A stretch of 64,000 bases of DNA from the human T2T-CHM13v2.0 reference genome, Homo sapiens: assembly GCF_009914755.1 (NCBI RefSeq), contig NC_060940.1; one strand, written 5' to 3'. This document shows, one piece after another, positions 1 through 18,596 of the stretch; within the stretch, counting starts at the first letter, position 1; each line of letters opens with the position of its first letter. A program made the position numbers and the translations under genes. The notes beneath the pieces were generated by a model. That model searched no databases. It saw only the letters and a list, made by a program, of their open reading frames with translations, and was not told the origin of the DNA.

Positions 1-705
1 ACCCAGCTAATTTTTGTGTTTTCAGTAGAGACGGGGTTTCACCATGTTGTCAGGCTGGTCTCGAACTCCTGACCTCACGTGATCCATCTGCCTCAGCCTC
101 CCAAAATGCTGGGATTACAGGCATGAGCCACCGTGCCCAGCTGGAAATCTATATTTTTTCTATAAACAGTGAAGGGCAGTGGGACATGTGACATTTTGAC
201 TTATGTATCCAAAGTCATTAAATTCATTTACCCATTTGATTCTAATTGATCAAACCAAACACAGTGATCCACAGACAAAATAGATGCTTTTGACACTCCT
301 GGAAGCTAAAATCCATCAATAATCATAAATGCTTTGTACTCATGTCTCAGATAGGCTGAACTATGCTGCCAGGCACCCATCAGACAGTGATTATTTAGGG
401 ACATTCTGTGTGTGGTGGTTGGAGGAAACTCAAAAGAATGGTGGCATTCCCTGATGAATAGGAGGGAGTGGAATGAAACCTCGCCTTGCCCACATGAAGC
501 CAGAATGCAGAGGAGTGAGTGTGGAGGAGAATGTTGGTTCCAGCAGGCAAGCAGCCATGGAGAGGGCCTGTGGCAGGGCAGAAGATCAAAGGAGATGACA
601 GAGACTGCCTCAGAAATCAGGCACTCTCTGCTCTCTGGATGGAAGCCACTTCTGTTAGGGTGAGGAGAGGGAAAGTTGGTGTGGGCTTTAGGGAGGGACA
701 GCCTA

Positions 706-870
<165 letters not shown>

Positions 871-930
871 TTAGATAATGAAGAGTACTATCTTGAGAAT
901 CTAAACCAAGTAACTATGTACCAATTCTAG

Positions 931-1182
<252 letters not shown>

Positions 1183-2586
1183 TGAACTCCTGACCTCAGG
1201 TGATCCATCCGCCTCGGCCTCCCAAAGGGTTGAGATTACGGGCATGAACCACCGCGCCCAGCGACTTACTTTAAGTGTTTTGAAATAAATTAGGCAGTCA
1301 CACAAAAAATGTAAAAATGTAGGGCTATAGGGTGACATGCTGATATTCAAAGTCCCAATGATTATTTCTCTTCTGATTTTTGAAACAAGTTTTGTTATAA
1401 TTTTATGTTGAGTAATAGTAATTTATCTTGCACAATCTAAAGAGTAATTTCTATTTAATCATTAAAAACTTGTTATTTTCTGCTATCATTTTCCTTCAAG
1501 TGCTCAAAATCACTTTCAACCTGTTATAATTGTGATTTGCTATTGTTTGTGTTCATCCTAACCCTGGGTAGTGATCTAAGTGGTGAGATTGAGGTATAAT
1601 AAACATGTCTTATATTGCCACAGGACTCCACATTTTTCAACACACTTTAACACACTTTTTCTCATTTACCATGACATGATTCTGTGAGACAGATGTGGTT
1701 GGTGAGTGTCTTACTGATGAGGCAGCTGAGGTCAAAGGCTTTGTGGCCCGCCCAAGCAGTCTTCCAAGTCCAGAGCTTGTCAGCTTGAAGGATCAGGCGA
1801 CCAGAGGTGGGCTGAGGCTGGAGTGGAGCACCCCAACTAGGCAAGCCTGAAGCCCAGGGCGGTCTTCGTGCCGCCCTTACCCAGGGACCCATTCTCCCTC
1901 AAAAGTCCTGCAGGGGGCAGATTATCATAACATCAGCACCCCCTCCCTTTTTTTTTCTGTCTTTACGCTAGAAGAAGATACATAGTATTTTCCCAATAAA
2001 TTTCCGGATATAGCAGGGCAAGTGGTACTTTAAAGGCACCAGATCCTCAAAATGGACAGGTGCCCCAGATTTAGTCTGAAACTAACAAATAATCTGCCTC
2101 TAAATGCTGCTATGTCAATGAAGCCCTTGTGACGTTGCTCTCAAAAATCCTGAGCATTGAGACTAGTCCTCTGGTGGCCAAGCTATAAACTGTGCCCGCA
2201 TAATCACTTAAGGTCAATGCAAAAGAAGGCGGGCCAGAGTGGGAGAATCTTTCCCACTCTGGATGGCTGGAGGGTTTGCAAAAGCACTGGGCAATGGTGG
2301 GATCGTGGGGAGTGCTTTCCTGTGGCAGTGAACAATGGGGGAGACAGTGTGTGCGTGGAACGCTGGAAGACAGTCTGTCATTCATTTGAGAAATACTCAT
2401 TGTGCATCACCAGGGCCACAGTCAGACACTGTGCCTGCCCTCAAGAAGCTCTCAGCTTGGGAGAGAAGAAAGATATGAAAGACCACAATTTACGTATACT
2501 GAGATTAGAGCCAGTGTCAATTATGAAGTTTCTGGACCTCCAGGAACCCTGGGATTTCTTTCCACAGCATTAGAAGGGAACATTAG

Positions 2587-2901
<315 letters not shown>

Positions 2902-3571
2902 TAGCCCCCAGGTCCTCTCCACACAGTGATCTTGCAAACATATGAGGTGAGTCCAAATCACTCCTCATCTTAAAAAACTTTAGTGCTTCCTGTTGCTATG
3001 GGATAAATCCAGACTCTCCTTTGCATTGCACATAGGGTCCTTCACAATCAATGGAGGGAGTAGGGTATACACGAAAAGAACAAGGGCTTTGAACTCAGCA
3101 TATCTGGGGTAAATTCTGACTCTGTCACTTAAAAGCTAACATTTATTACCCATGGACTTTTAAACTGAATCCTTCCAATCTTCCCCTGACAACAAAGTAG
3201 GCTCTGGTATCATCACTCCCTTTGAGCACATGGGAAGCTAGGTCCAGGAAGAGGTAGGGGACTAAGTGCACCAAGTAAGTGGAGATACTAGGAATGAAAC
3301 CCAGGACTCTGGAGCCCAAGCCCTTAGCAACTGTTTTCTTTTTATTGATATGTAATAGTTGTTCATATTTTTGGGGTACATGTGATATTTCAATACATGG
3401 ATACAATGTATAATGATTAATTTAGGGTAATGAAGATATCCATCACGTCATTTTTTTTTTTTGAGACAGAGTCACACTCTATCACCTAGGCTGGAGTGCA
3501 GTGGCATGATCACAGCTCACTGCAGCCTTGACCTACTGGGCTCAACTGATCCTCCCACCTCACCCTCCTGA

Positions 3572-3790
<219 letters not shown>

Positions 3791-4635
3791 TAGTAGAGGT
3801 GGGGTTTCGCCACATTGCCCTGGCTGGTCTCAAACTCCTGGACTCAAGTGATCGGCCTGCTTCAGCCTCCCAAAGTACTGGGATTGCAGGCATGAGCCAC
3901 CACGCCTGGCCGACAGCCAGCTAAGTTTTAAGTTTTTTGTAAAGACAGGGCTTTGCCATGTTGCCCAGGCTGGTCTTGAACTCCTGGGCTCAAGCGATCC
4001 TCCCATATTGGCCTCCTGGGATTATAGGCATGAACCACTGGGCCAGACCCATCACCTCAAACATTTATCTTTTCTTTGTGATGGAAACATTCCAATGATT
4101 TTCTTCTAGCTAGTTTGAAATACACAATATATTATTATTAACTATAGTATTCCTAGCGTACTACCAAATACAAGAACTTATTCCTTTTATCTGACTGTAA
4201 TTTTGTACCCATTATCCAAATTCTCTTCATCTCCTTCCCTCCCCCTACTTTTCCCAGCCTCTGCTGCCTTCCACTTGTCATGTAACTTCTCCAAGCCTCA
4301 GGTTCCTCACTGGCAAAGTGGAGGCAGTAAAATCTGGAAGCTGTTGTAAAGATTAAATGAAATAGTATGTTAATTTCCTTCCTTTTGGAGGTCATATCCT
4401 AAATTTCTTCCTTCCTTCCTTCCTCCCTCCCTCCCATCCTCCCTCCTTCCTTCCTTCTTTCTTTTCTTTTTTTTTTTTTTTAGTGCCTTGCTGTGTCGCC
4501 CAAGCTGGAGTGCAGTCGTACAATCATCATGGCTCATTGCAGCCTTGACCTCTTGGGCTTAAACAATCCTCCTGCCTCAACCTCCCAAGTAGCTGGACCA
4601 CAGCTGTGCGCCGCAACACCCCATTAACTTTTTGA

Positions 4636-4818
<183 letters not shown>

Positions 4819-7800
4819 TGACACTAAACTCCACAAAACTCCAAAAACACATCACGTTCTTTGACACCTCCCCAGCTTTGTGTACGCTGTTCCATCTGCC
4901 CAGAATACTCCTCCCCATTCTCTTCCTGAAGAGCCTGGAGCCTCTCTGAGCCAGAATGGGTCATCCCCCCACTTTGTTCCCACAGACACTCAACACTTTC
5001 ACTTCTCTCTGCAGGCCTCTGGCTCAGTTTCAGGCCAGTTCTTCCCCCTATACCAAGCTTCCTGGGGAGAGGCTGGTTTGATGCATCCCCATTTTGTGTT
5101 CTAGAACCTAGCATGCATATGAAAGAATGCATGAAAATGGAGGGCTAGCCAGGTGCGGTGGCTCACACCTGTAATCCCAGCACTTTGGGAGGCCGAGCTG
5201 GGCCGATCACTTGAGGTCAGGAGTTTGAGACGAGCCTGGCCAACATGGCAAAACCCCAACTCTACTAAATATACAAAAAATTAGCCGGGCTTGGTGGTGC
5301 ATGCCTGTAGTCCCAGCTACTCTGGAGGCTGAGGCAATCATTTGAACCCAGGAGGCAGAGGTTTCAGTAAGCCGAGATCATGCCACTGCACTCAAGCCTA
5401 GGAGACAGAGCGAGACTTCAGCTCAAAAAAAAAAAAAAAAGAAAAAAGAAAGAAAGAAAGAAAAGGAAGGGCTGGAGGGCTGATTCTCTGCAAAGAAAAG
5501 CAAAAAGAAACATGGGAGATCTCCAAAGAAGCGAACAGAGAAGTAGACTGCACTCATAAAACTGAGAAAGATGGAAAGACATTGAGTATCCAAAACCACA
5601 GGAAAAACCAGCACAAGATTACAATGGGCAGAGCCTATGGAGTTCAGAGGACAATGAAGACAGGGATTCCACGTTGGGATCTGGAGGCCAGAGGGAAGAC
5701 CTAACGGGGAGAGGGACAGGGATGAAGGAGAGGGAGAGAGGATGGCAAGAAGAAAGGGTTTAGCTTGGGTCTGATTTGTGATGGACAGAAAGACAGTAGG
5801 CAAAGTAGCAAGAAAAGAGTGAAACTAGGGAAAGTCAGCTAGGGCAGCGTAGCACTCCAAGCCCATGCTCAGTGGACTGCATCACAGGAGCTTGAATCTG
5901 CCACTTACTTCACCTACAGATTCAACCCCCAAGATTCTGTCTTAGTGGAGAAAATAATAGTGCCTTTGAACAACTCTAAATTGGCCACGTGGGAGAAGGC
6001 CTGTGGTGGGGAGAAGGGGAGAGAAATCCCTGCCCAGGACAACACTCCTATTTGGAGGTGTTTGGTACTGGATGTGTCCTCTGGAATGGGTCAGTAGTGA
6101 CAGTCTAGCTAGTTTGAGAGGAGATGTGCTAGTTGAGGAGAGAATGATCTATTTTGCAGAAATGAAATCTCCATTTCCTGCTATTTCCAAGCATGTAAAG
6201 TGTTAGCAGCACCATTTTCCCCAAGAAAGGTATGCCCAAGAAATCTTAAAAAAGAGAAAAACTAAAGCAAGTCCACAAAGATTGCCATCCTTGCCAGTCA
6301 GGTCATGCTGCAGGCCAGGCCCAGGCATCGGCCTTGACCTAGGCTCAGGAGCCTCAACAAGGCTGTTTCCCGAACTCTGTCAACCAATACTTGCTCTGAC
6401 TTCTAGAAATACAAGTCCTCTACTCACGGAAAGCCATTCGGGTGCTATAAGAAATCACAGAAACCATTCCCCAGCCCCTCACTTACTTATTTTTGATCTG
6501 CCAGTTTCCCCTAATAGATATAACCTCCCCAAGACCTCAGGACCTTGGCTGTTTTGTCCTCTGCCGTATTTGCAGCACCTAAAACAAGGCCTGTGGGGTC
6601 TCAATACCTTTTTGTTCAATGAATGGCTAAATGAATGAAGAACACTCCAGAGAGCCTGGGCTTCCAGCTGCCCTCTGGCTTTGCTGACTGAAATTGCTAC
6701 AGAGTGTGTGGCTGGTCTTCTACAGGCTGACTTCAAGTCCGCTTTCATCTGCCTGAATACAACTTCCAGGAATTTTACTTTTCACATGTTACGACCTGGA
6801 AAAAGTTATTGGAGAGAGGATTTCTTAAGGGAAATACAGACCTTAAATGAATTCAGATGGCTAATTTCTAGCACAAGAATAAATGATGTTGCTTTTGGCC
6901 TAGATAGTGGTGAAAAAATATGTCAATCAGAAGCAACATAAAACTGATGGCACGGGGAAGTATGTGTATGTATGTGTGTGGTTGCCAAAGATGGCTGACA
7001 AATGCGCCCTGATGGCAGAACTTTGGGACTTAACGGAGGTTTTCCAAAGCAGCAGCAGTTCTCAGAGATGCCTTATGCTCTGATGTAGGCTGTTGGAAAG
7101 AATGTGATGGTAAAGGAGCTTGGGGGAACTTCCAAATCCTTGACTGCCTTGTAAAGACAAGGAGGGCCAGCACTGCTTTAAGGCTCAAGGAAAGCAAGGC
7201 TGGTAGAACAAAAGGATGTGCAGAACAGCTGCTGTCAGCCCCCAAAGCCAAATAAGACGCAGCTTTCGGCATTTAAAACCTACCCCTTCACTGTGGGCTC
7301 CAGTCACCTCACTCTGCAGAAGTCATCTTGAGCATAACACTGAGTGTTCTCTCAGCAGATATGTTGTTAAGCATGTGCAAATGCCAGGTACTGTGAGAGG
7401 TGCTAGGTGTTTGTTTCATGAAAACATGAAAAGAGTACAGCCCAGTGAGGGAGAAAGACATATGAATACATGAGAATACATGATCACAACAGAATTAGCA
7501 CTGCTAGAATGGGGGAATTCAGTCTGTTATGAGAGCAGAGAGACAAAAACTCAGGAAATGTCAGGATAGTCTTCCAGTGGGCCACATTTAGGCCAAATCT
7601 TTTTTTTTTTGAGATGGAGTCTCACTCTGTTGTTCAAGCTAGAGTGCAGTGGCACAATCTTGGCCTTGTCTCACTGCAACCTCCGCCTCCCAGGTTCAAG
7701 CGATTCTCCTGCCTCAGCCTCCTAAATAGCTGGGATTACAGTTGCCTGCCACCACGCCTGGCTAATTTTTGTAGTTTTAGTAGAGATGGGGTTTCACTAT

Positions 7801-8000
7801 CTTGGCCAAGTTGGTCTCAATCTCCTGACCTCAAGTGATCCACCTGCCTCAGCCTCCCAGAGTTGGGATTACAGGCGCGAGCCACCGTCCCCAGCCAAGG
7901 CCAAATCTTAAAAGGGGAGAAATCCAAGAAGAGGAAACGGCAAGTGAAAAAGTGTAGAGAGAAAGCATGTGGGGTGCTTGGGGCAAGGCTGAACTTCAAA

Positions 8001-8042
8001 GTGTGTGTGTGTGCCTGTGTGTGTGTGTGTGCATGTGTATGT
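8001..8042. repeat. Interrupted (TG)n microsatellite
   Basis: Direct reading. Confidence 0.9.
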
Positions 8043-8769
8043 GGCCTTGCCTGCATGTAGGTGTGTGTCTTTGTTGGGATATGAGCCAGCACAAGCAGAT
8101 GAGCCAGCCTGTGAGGAGCCCTGATGCCACGTCAAGGGGTTTGCATTTGAGTCATCCACTTACCCACACCACAGACAAGCTACACAGTTGGGATGAATAT
8201 CTGCTGTTTATGTCATCCTCTTCCTTTCCAAGATCACAGTCATAATCTCACATCATGAGTAATGGGAAATGTGAGACTGCCACTGGTCTATTTTCTTAAA
8301 AACGTCATTTGTGTGATCAACATAAAAACTCCCTGGCTCCCTTGAGCACAAGGAATGAAGGCGTGTTTGGGTTGCTTGCTGGTAGCAGAATGCTCACAAG
8401 TGGAACAATTTAAAGTTCCAAACTGAGAAGTCCCCAGAAGGTGTGAAAAAGGAAACATAAGTAGCATGTCCTGTCAACACATTGTCCTCAGTGGACTTCA
8501 GGGGGGAAGTAAAAAAGAATCGATAATTTGCCATGAAACTTAAACCCTGGTGAATGACCCTAAAGGGAAATTCCACACTCTGCAGCTGTGACTCCCACCC
8601 AGGCTGATGGATGTGAAGGGCTCAGATCAGTTTACATTTAGGTAAGGTGGCCTTCCCAAATTACACAGGAAGTTCTAGGAGGCCCTGTGATATTAATGTG
8701 TGGACCTGTAATGACTACTTTGTATTTCCCCTATAAACAATATACAGTATTCCAAAATATCCAGATTCA

Positions 8770-9210
8770 TGGATTTACATATCAGCTTTTATGACTCCCA
8801 AATTTTTATCTCTAGGCCTAACTGTTTCCATGAATTCCAGACCTGTACATCCCGCGCCTCCTGTTTACCTTCACTTGGATGGTTTTATTGCCCTTTCATT
8901 GTCTCTCAAACTCAACATGTTCAGATCCTAACTCCTGATTTTCCTCCCTAAACCTGTGTACACATCCCTCAAAATCCACCATTCATCTGGTTGCTCAGGA
9001 GAGAAACAAAGGAGTTGTCCATTCTCTCTCACCCTACATTCAATTCATCAGCAAACCCTGTCAGTTCTACCAGCAAGACATATTCAGAGTTTGAACACCT
9101 CTAACACTACTATTACCACCATAGAACAAACCACCATTATCTTTCATCTGGATACTGCAGGAGCCTCTTAACTGGTCTGTCTACTTCCTCCCTTGCTCTG
9201 CTGCAGTCTA
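8770..9210. mobile_element. L2 fragment (continues at about 11430-11590, 12230-12330 and 12660-13010 between later insertions)
   Basis: atgactcccaaatttttatctctagg...ctcaaactcaacatgttc...cctcttaactggtct. Confidence 0.65.
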
Positions 9211-9406
9211 GGCCAGGGGTCAGCAAGTTTTTTTCTATAAAAGGCCTGACAGTAAATATTTTAGGCTTTGCTTTGCTAGCCACATGGTCTCTGTCAACTC
9301 AACCACTCAGCTCTGTGTTACAGCTTGAGAGCAGCCATAGACAACACATAAACAAATGAGCATAGCTGTGTTCCAGTAAAACTTTATCAATGGCACTGAA
9401 ATTAGA

Positions 9407-12636
<3,230 letters not shown>

Positions 12637-13430
12637 TCTGATCACTCAATACAGAAGTCACTTCCCTGGCTCCAGTCACTTGCTATCCCCCTTACCCTTC
12701 TTGCCACATACTATCCATCTGAATATTAAAAGACAAGCAGATTCGATGTAAATGTTTTATTCTTTCAACTAAATTCTAGTACTAGAAGGACAGTAAAACA
12801 ATGATATGCTGGGGAAAATGTAGCAATATACTTTTGTTTAAAAGACTGATTGAATAAACAAAAACTACAAAAAAAAAGAAAATAATATAAACATAATCTG
12901 AAATTCCAAGAAGTCCTGGAATACAGAAATGCCCTCCTCCTTCATTATTACACAGGAAGCACTGTTTTAATTGTCTTCATAGCATTTATCTCTACCTGAC
13001 ATTGTATAGCTACAGGGTTCACTCCTGTATCTCCAGAACTTGGTGTAAGTTTGGTGCTTAATACACAATAAGACACTAATAAGCATCAAGTGTATCCTTT
13101 GGAGGCCACAACTACAGGCTAGAGGTGGGGGTTGGGTGGGCAGGTGGAGTTGGGGGATTTGGGGAATGGGGAGGGGTGGAGAGCAGAGCAGCAGCGTGAG
13201 CCTGGGTGCCTGTACTCCAGAAGCTTCCCATCTTGTGCTGCTTGTTGATCATTCTACATGGCTTTCCATCAAAGCCTACTATGTCACAGATAATTCTGAG
13301 TAGAATATGCATTTGTTGAGTGCATGGGAACCTTAGTTAGCAGGAGGCAAAGTCACATTTTTATTGTTAGGGGCTGAATCTGAAGGACTCTATGGTGAGG
13401 AGTACTAACAGTTTAGAGCAGTTTAGATAT

Positions 13431-14085
13431 ATGCTGCCCAATATGGTAGCCACTAGCCACGTATGGTTATTGACTACTTGAAATGTGACAGTCTGAGACC
13501 CAGCACGGTGGCTCACATCTGTAATCCCAGCAATTTGGGAGGCTGAGGGGCAGATTGCTTGAGGCCAGGAGTTTGAGACAAGCCTGGCCAACATAACAAA
13601 ACCCCATCTCCACTAAAAATATAAAAATTAGCTGGGCGTGGTGCTGCACACCTGTAATCCTAGCTACTTGGGAGGCTGAGGCATGAGAAGCTCTTGAACC
13701 AGAAAACGGAGGTTGCCATGAGCCGAGATAGCACCACTGCACTCTCACCTGGGCGACAGAGTGAGACTCTGTCTCCAAAAGAAAAAAAAAAAAGAAAGAA
13801 ATGTGACAGTCTGAATCTGAGATGTGCTGTAAGTATAAAACAACAGATTTTGAACACGGTACAAAGAATGTAAAATTTCTCAATTTCTAAATATTGATTA
13901 CATGTTGAAATAACATTCTGAATATATTGAATAATACTTTGAATATACAGTTAATATTTTGAGTATAATAATATATTATTAAATTGATGTCATCTGTTTC
14001 TTTTTACTGTTTTAGATGTGGCTATAGAAAGTATAAAATTACATAAGTGGCTCACATACGTCGCTCACATTATATTTTTATTGGA
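13431..14085. mobile_element. MER33 hAT element split by an Alu (13497-13797, +)
   Basis: gctgcccaatatggtagccactagccac ... gctcacattatatttttattgga; Alu TSD gaaatgtgacagtctga at 13480-13496 and 13798-13814. Confidence 0.8.
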
Positions 14086-14435
14086 TCATCCTATGTTTTC
14101 CCCAAAGCCCACAGGAATAATGCCTGGAACCCAGAATGCTCTTCATAAATACTGGGTGAATGCATTAAGTTGGGCTGCCTGAGTAGAGTCTAAAGACTAA
14201 GAATTGGCAAACTCCAATTTCTCCAAGCAAAGTGTTTGCTCATTTAGTAAAAAAATCTGAGTATCTGATAGACCTTAGCAGTGGGAAAGTGGTGGAAATG
14301 TGTGAAGCTGTTGATTAGCTTGAGGTGACTGTTGGTTCCCAGCTGTATTTACACTCTGCTTCAAGAAATAAACACCATTTCACTTGGGCCAACTCAAATA
14401 TTTATTTCTTTGACAACACCATTTTCAAAGTGTAA

Positions 14436-14642
<207 letters not shown>

Positions 14643-15228
14643 TGAGCTCAGGAGTTCAAGACTAGCCTGGCCAACATGGTGAAACCCTGTCTCTACTAAA
14701 AACACAAAAATTAGCCAGGCATGGTGGCACAAGCCTGTAATCCCACTACTTGAAGGCTGAGGAAGGAGAATTGCTTGAACTCAGGAGGTGGAGGTTGCAG
14801 TGAGCCGAGATAGCGCCACTGCACTCCAGCCTGGGACAGAGCAAGACTCTATCTCAAAAAAAAAAAAAAAAAAAAAGAAGCTGCTTCCTTGATATATTTT
14901 GTTTCAATTTGGGAAGTGAGGACAGCAAAGGGTTTAAAGGGCTTAATACACTGTAGAATAGGCTTGTATTCTTTAACATGTTCTTTAAAAATTGCCTTGA
15001 TCTCTGATTTTCTGCAACAAGCAAGTTACTCCCTCCCTTCTACCTCAAAATGATGCCTTGGCGTAGAGTCATCAGCAATCCTGTCATGACAGGCCATTTA
15101 AGTGGTTTTGAAGCCACTTGTAAACAATTCTAGTACTCCATTCCTGGGGCAGTTGAAAAAAAAATTAAATTCAAGAAGGTAGCTTGAAAAAGAAAAAAAA
15201 ATACAACAACTTGCCTGGTAGTATATTA

Positions 15229-15594
<366 letters not shown>

Positions 15595-15987
15595 TTAGTA
15601 AGCATCCATGAAAACATGCACTATGAAATGTTCTCATTCCTCTATGGCCCAGATACGCATGATCTATCTCAATTTTCTTCTAAAAAGTGTTGAGGCACAG
15701 TTGGTGGTACACTGAGCTACACTGCAGCTTGTTGGGTTAGTGCTGATAGAGACGGAATAAACACCTTGTACAGATGGTAGGATTAATACGGAGGATGTTC
15801 AATGGTCCTTCCCAGTTGTAATATTTAGTTCTTCCAGGTTAAAAAGAATTGTTCAAAAACTACTGAATAAACTACTTAAGATCAGCCACAAAAATGATTT
15901 CTGTGGCTTGGAGAAAAATTAGGAAAGAAAGGTAATGTTTTTAGCAGTACTTTAATGGTTTATAAGTAAAGGTATTTAAAGCTCTTA

Positions 15988-16014
15988 TAATAATAATAAT
16001 AATAATAATAATAA
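15988..16014. repeat. (AAT)n microsatellite
   Basis: Direct reading. Confidence 0.9.
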
Positions 16015-16850
16015 AGTTTCTTGGAAGACAAAGAAGTGATGGTAAAGGAAAGATTCTGCAGAACTTGTTTTTTTTTTTCTCTCTCTTGACATTTGGCCCA
16101 AGATTAGAACTTTTTGCTTTGGTGTAAATGCATGTTGTGTACCTAACAGACACAATGAGAGGTGATATTCTTGATAAATCTTTTAGATTTTAAATCTCAG
16201 ACATGATGTACATAGCAAATCCTAAAATATCTAAAGTGTTCTCCTTTTAAGATTCAAAAAACAAAAAACAAGAAGTAGCTTAATATAGGATTTTCAAGAG
16301 CCAGGGGCACCCTCTCAGTGGATAGTAAATCCCATTCTGGGTCCATGGTGGCTGCTAGTCTAACTAAAGCACAGTTGGGATGAAATCATTTATTAAGAAC
16401 ATATAGGCGGGGTGTAGTGGCTCATGCCGGTAATCCCAGCTCTTAGGGAGGCTGAGGGAGCACTTAGGGAGGCCAATTAGAGAGGACGACTTGAGCCCAG
16501 GAGTTCAAGACCAATCTGGTCAACATGGAAAGGATTGGCCGGGCATGGTGGCATGCACCTGTGTTCCCAGCTACTCAGAGGGACTGAGGTGGGAGGTGGG
16601 AAGATCCTTTGGGCTTGGGAGGTGGAGGTTGCAGTGAGCTGTGATTGCAGCAGACACCCTGTCTCGAAAAAACAAAAGCAGGTAATTTCAGTGTATTGTT
16701 TATTACTTTTTTTTCCTTTTTACTCACCCCTATACTAATGAGGAAATTATTTATTACTTTAACACACTTATTACATTTGCCCATTAAGAGGGTCATCTCA
16801 GCAACCAATATATAACAGGAAACAATATTTAGTGATGTAAAGCCATGTTA

Positions 16851-17183
<333 letters not shown>

Positions 17184-17329
17184 CTAAAGGGGGAATGAAA
17201 AAGAGATCTACGCAAGAAAAAGAAATAAAAAGGCATCCAGATTGAAAAGGTAGAAATAAACTATCTCTGTTTGCTGATGACATGATCTTGTATATAAAAA
17301 ATCCTAAGGAATTCACCAGAAAACTATTA

Positions 17330-17461
<132 letters not shown>

Positions 17462-17948
17462 CTAACAGAGCAAGATCCTGTCTCAAAAAAGAAAAACAAA
17501 CAAAAAAATGAGCCCAACAAGGTTGAAAGATGCAGAGCAATATTTAAAAATGTTGTATTTTTATACTTCAGCAATGAACAATCTGAAAGTGAAATTAAGA
17601 AAACAATTCAATTCCATTTACAATAGCATCAAAAATAACATACTTAGGAATAAATTTAACAAAAGAATGAAATACATGTGCACTGGAAACTTCAAAACAT
17701 TGTTGAAAATTTAAAAGACCTAAATAAATGAAAAAATATCTCATGCTCATGGATTGGAAGATTTAATATCGTTAAGATGGCAATAGTCTCCCAATTGATT
17801 TACAAATTCAACACAATCTCTGTGAAAATCCTGACTTTTTGCAAAAATTGAAAAACTGATGCTAAAATTCATATGAAAATACAAGGGATCCAGAATAGCT
17901 AAAACAGTCTTGAAAAAAGGAGAACGTTTAAGAAGTCACATTTCCCAC

Positions 17949-18285
17949 TTTTTTTTTTTAAAGGCAGACTGCCACATGCAGCGCCTCATTAGGATGTGTC
18001 TGAAGTCTTGGAAGCTTGACTACCCTACGTTCTCCTACAACGGATCTTAAGAACTTGTTTGGAGGTTCTAGCTAGGAAGAGCAGATACTTGTATACCCTT
18101 GACTGAAGACTGGTCCTCCTTTATTGGGGATGGTCGTCCTCTTTGACTGAGCACGCAGCTTCAGGAGGGACGCACGTGGAGCGTTGAGGGAAGAAGGGGA
18201 CACCCGCCTAGACAGCCAGATCAGCCAAATCAACCCTGGCAATCAATGGAGTGACAGATGTCACAGCCAGATCACCCTCACATCC
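17949..18285 (-). pseudogene. Full-length 7SK snRNA retropseudogene (RN7SKP family)
   Basis: Minus strand begins GGATGTGAGGGTGATCTGGCTGTGACATCTGTCAC and ends ATGAGGCGCTGCATGTGGCAGTCTGCCTTT, colinear with 7SK. A-tail at 17949-17959; short TSD cactttt at a TTTT/AA L1-endonuclease site; interrupts an L1. Confidence 0.95.
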
Positions 18286-18596
18286 CACACTTTTAAAACT
18301 TATTTCAAAGCTAGATCAAGACAGTGTGCTACCAGCATAAGGATAAATATAAAGATAAGTGGAATAGAATTGAGAGTACAGAATAAAACCCCTACACTTA
18401 TGATCAATTGAATTTTGATAAGCAATCCAAGATGATTCAATGGACAAAGAATAGTCCTTATTAAAAATGGTGCTGGGACAACTGCCCATCCATATGCATA
18501 AAAGATAATAATAACAATAATAATAAAGTTGGACCCCTACCTCAACCCATACACAAAAATTAGCTGCAAGTGAAACAGACCTAAAACTATAAAATC

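Noticed and set aside
17949-18285. Functional 7SK gene
   Set aside because: A-tail, TSD, insertion inside an L1, many substitutions, and no upstream PSE/TATA.
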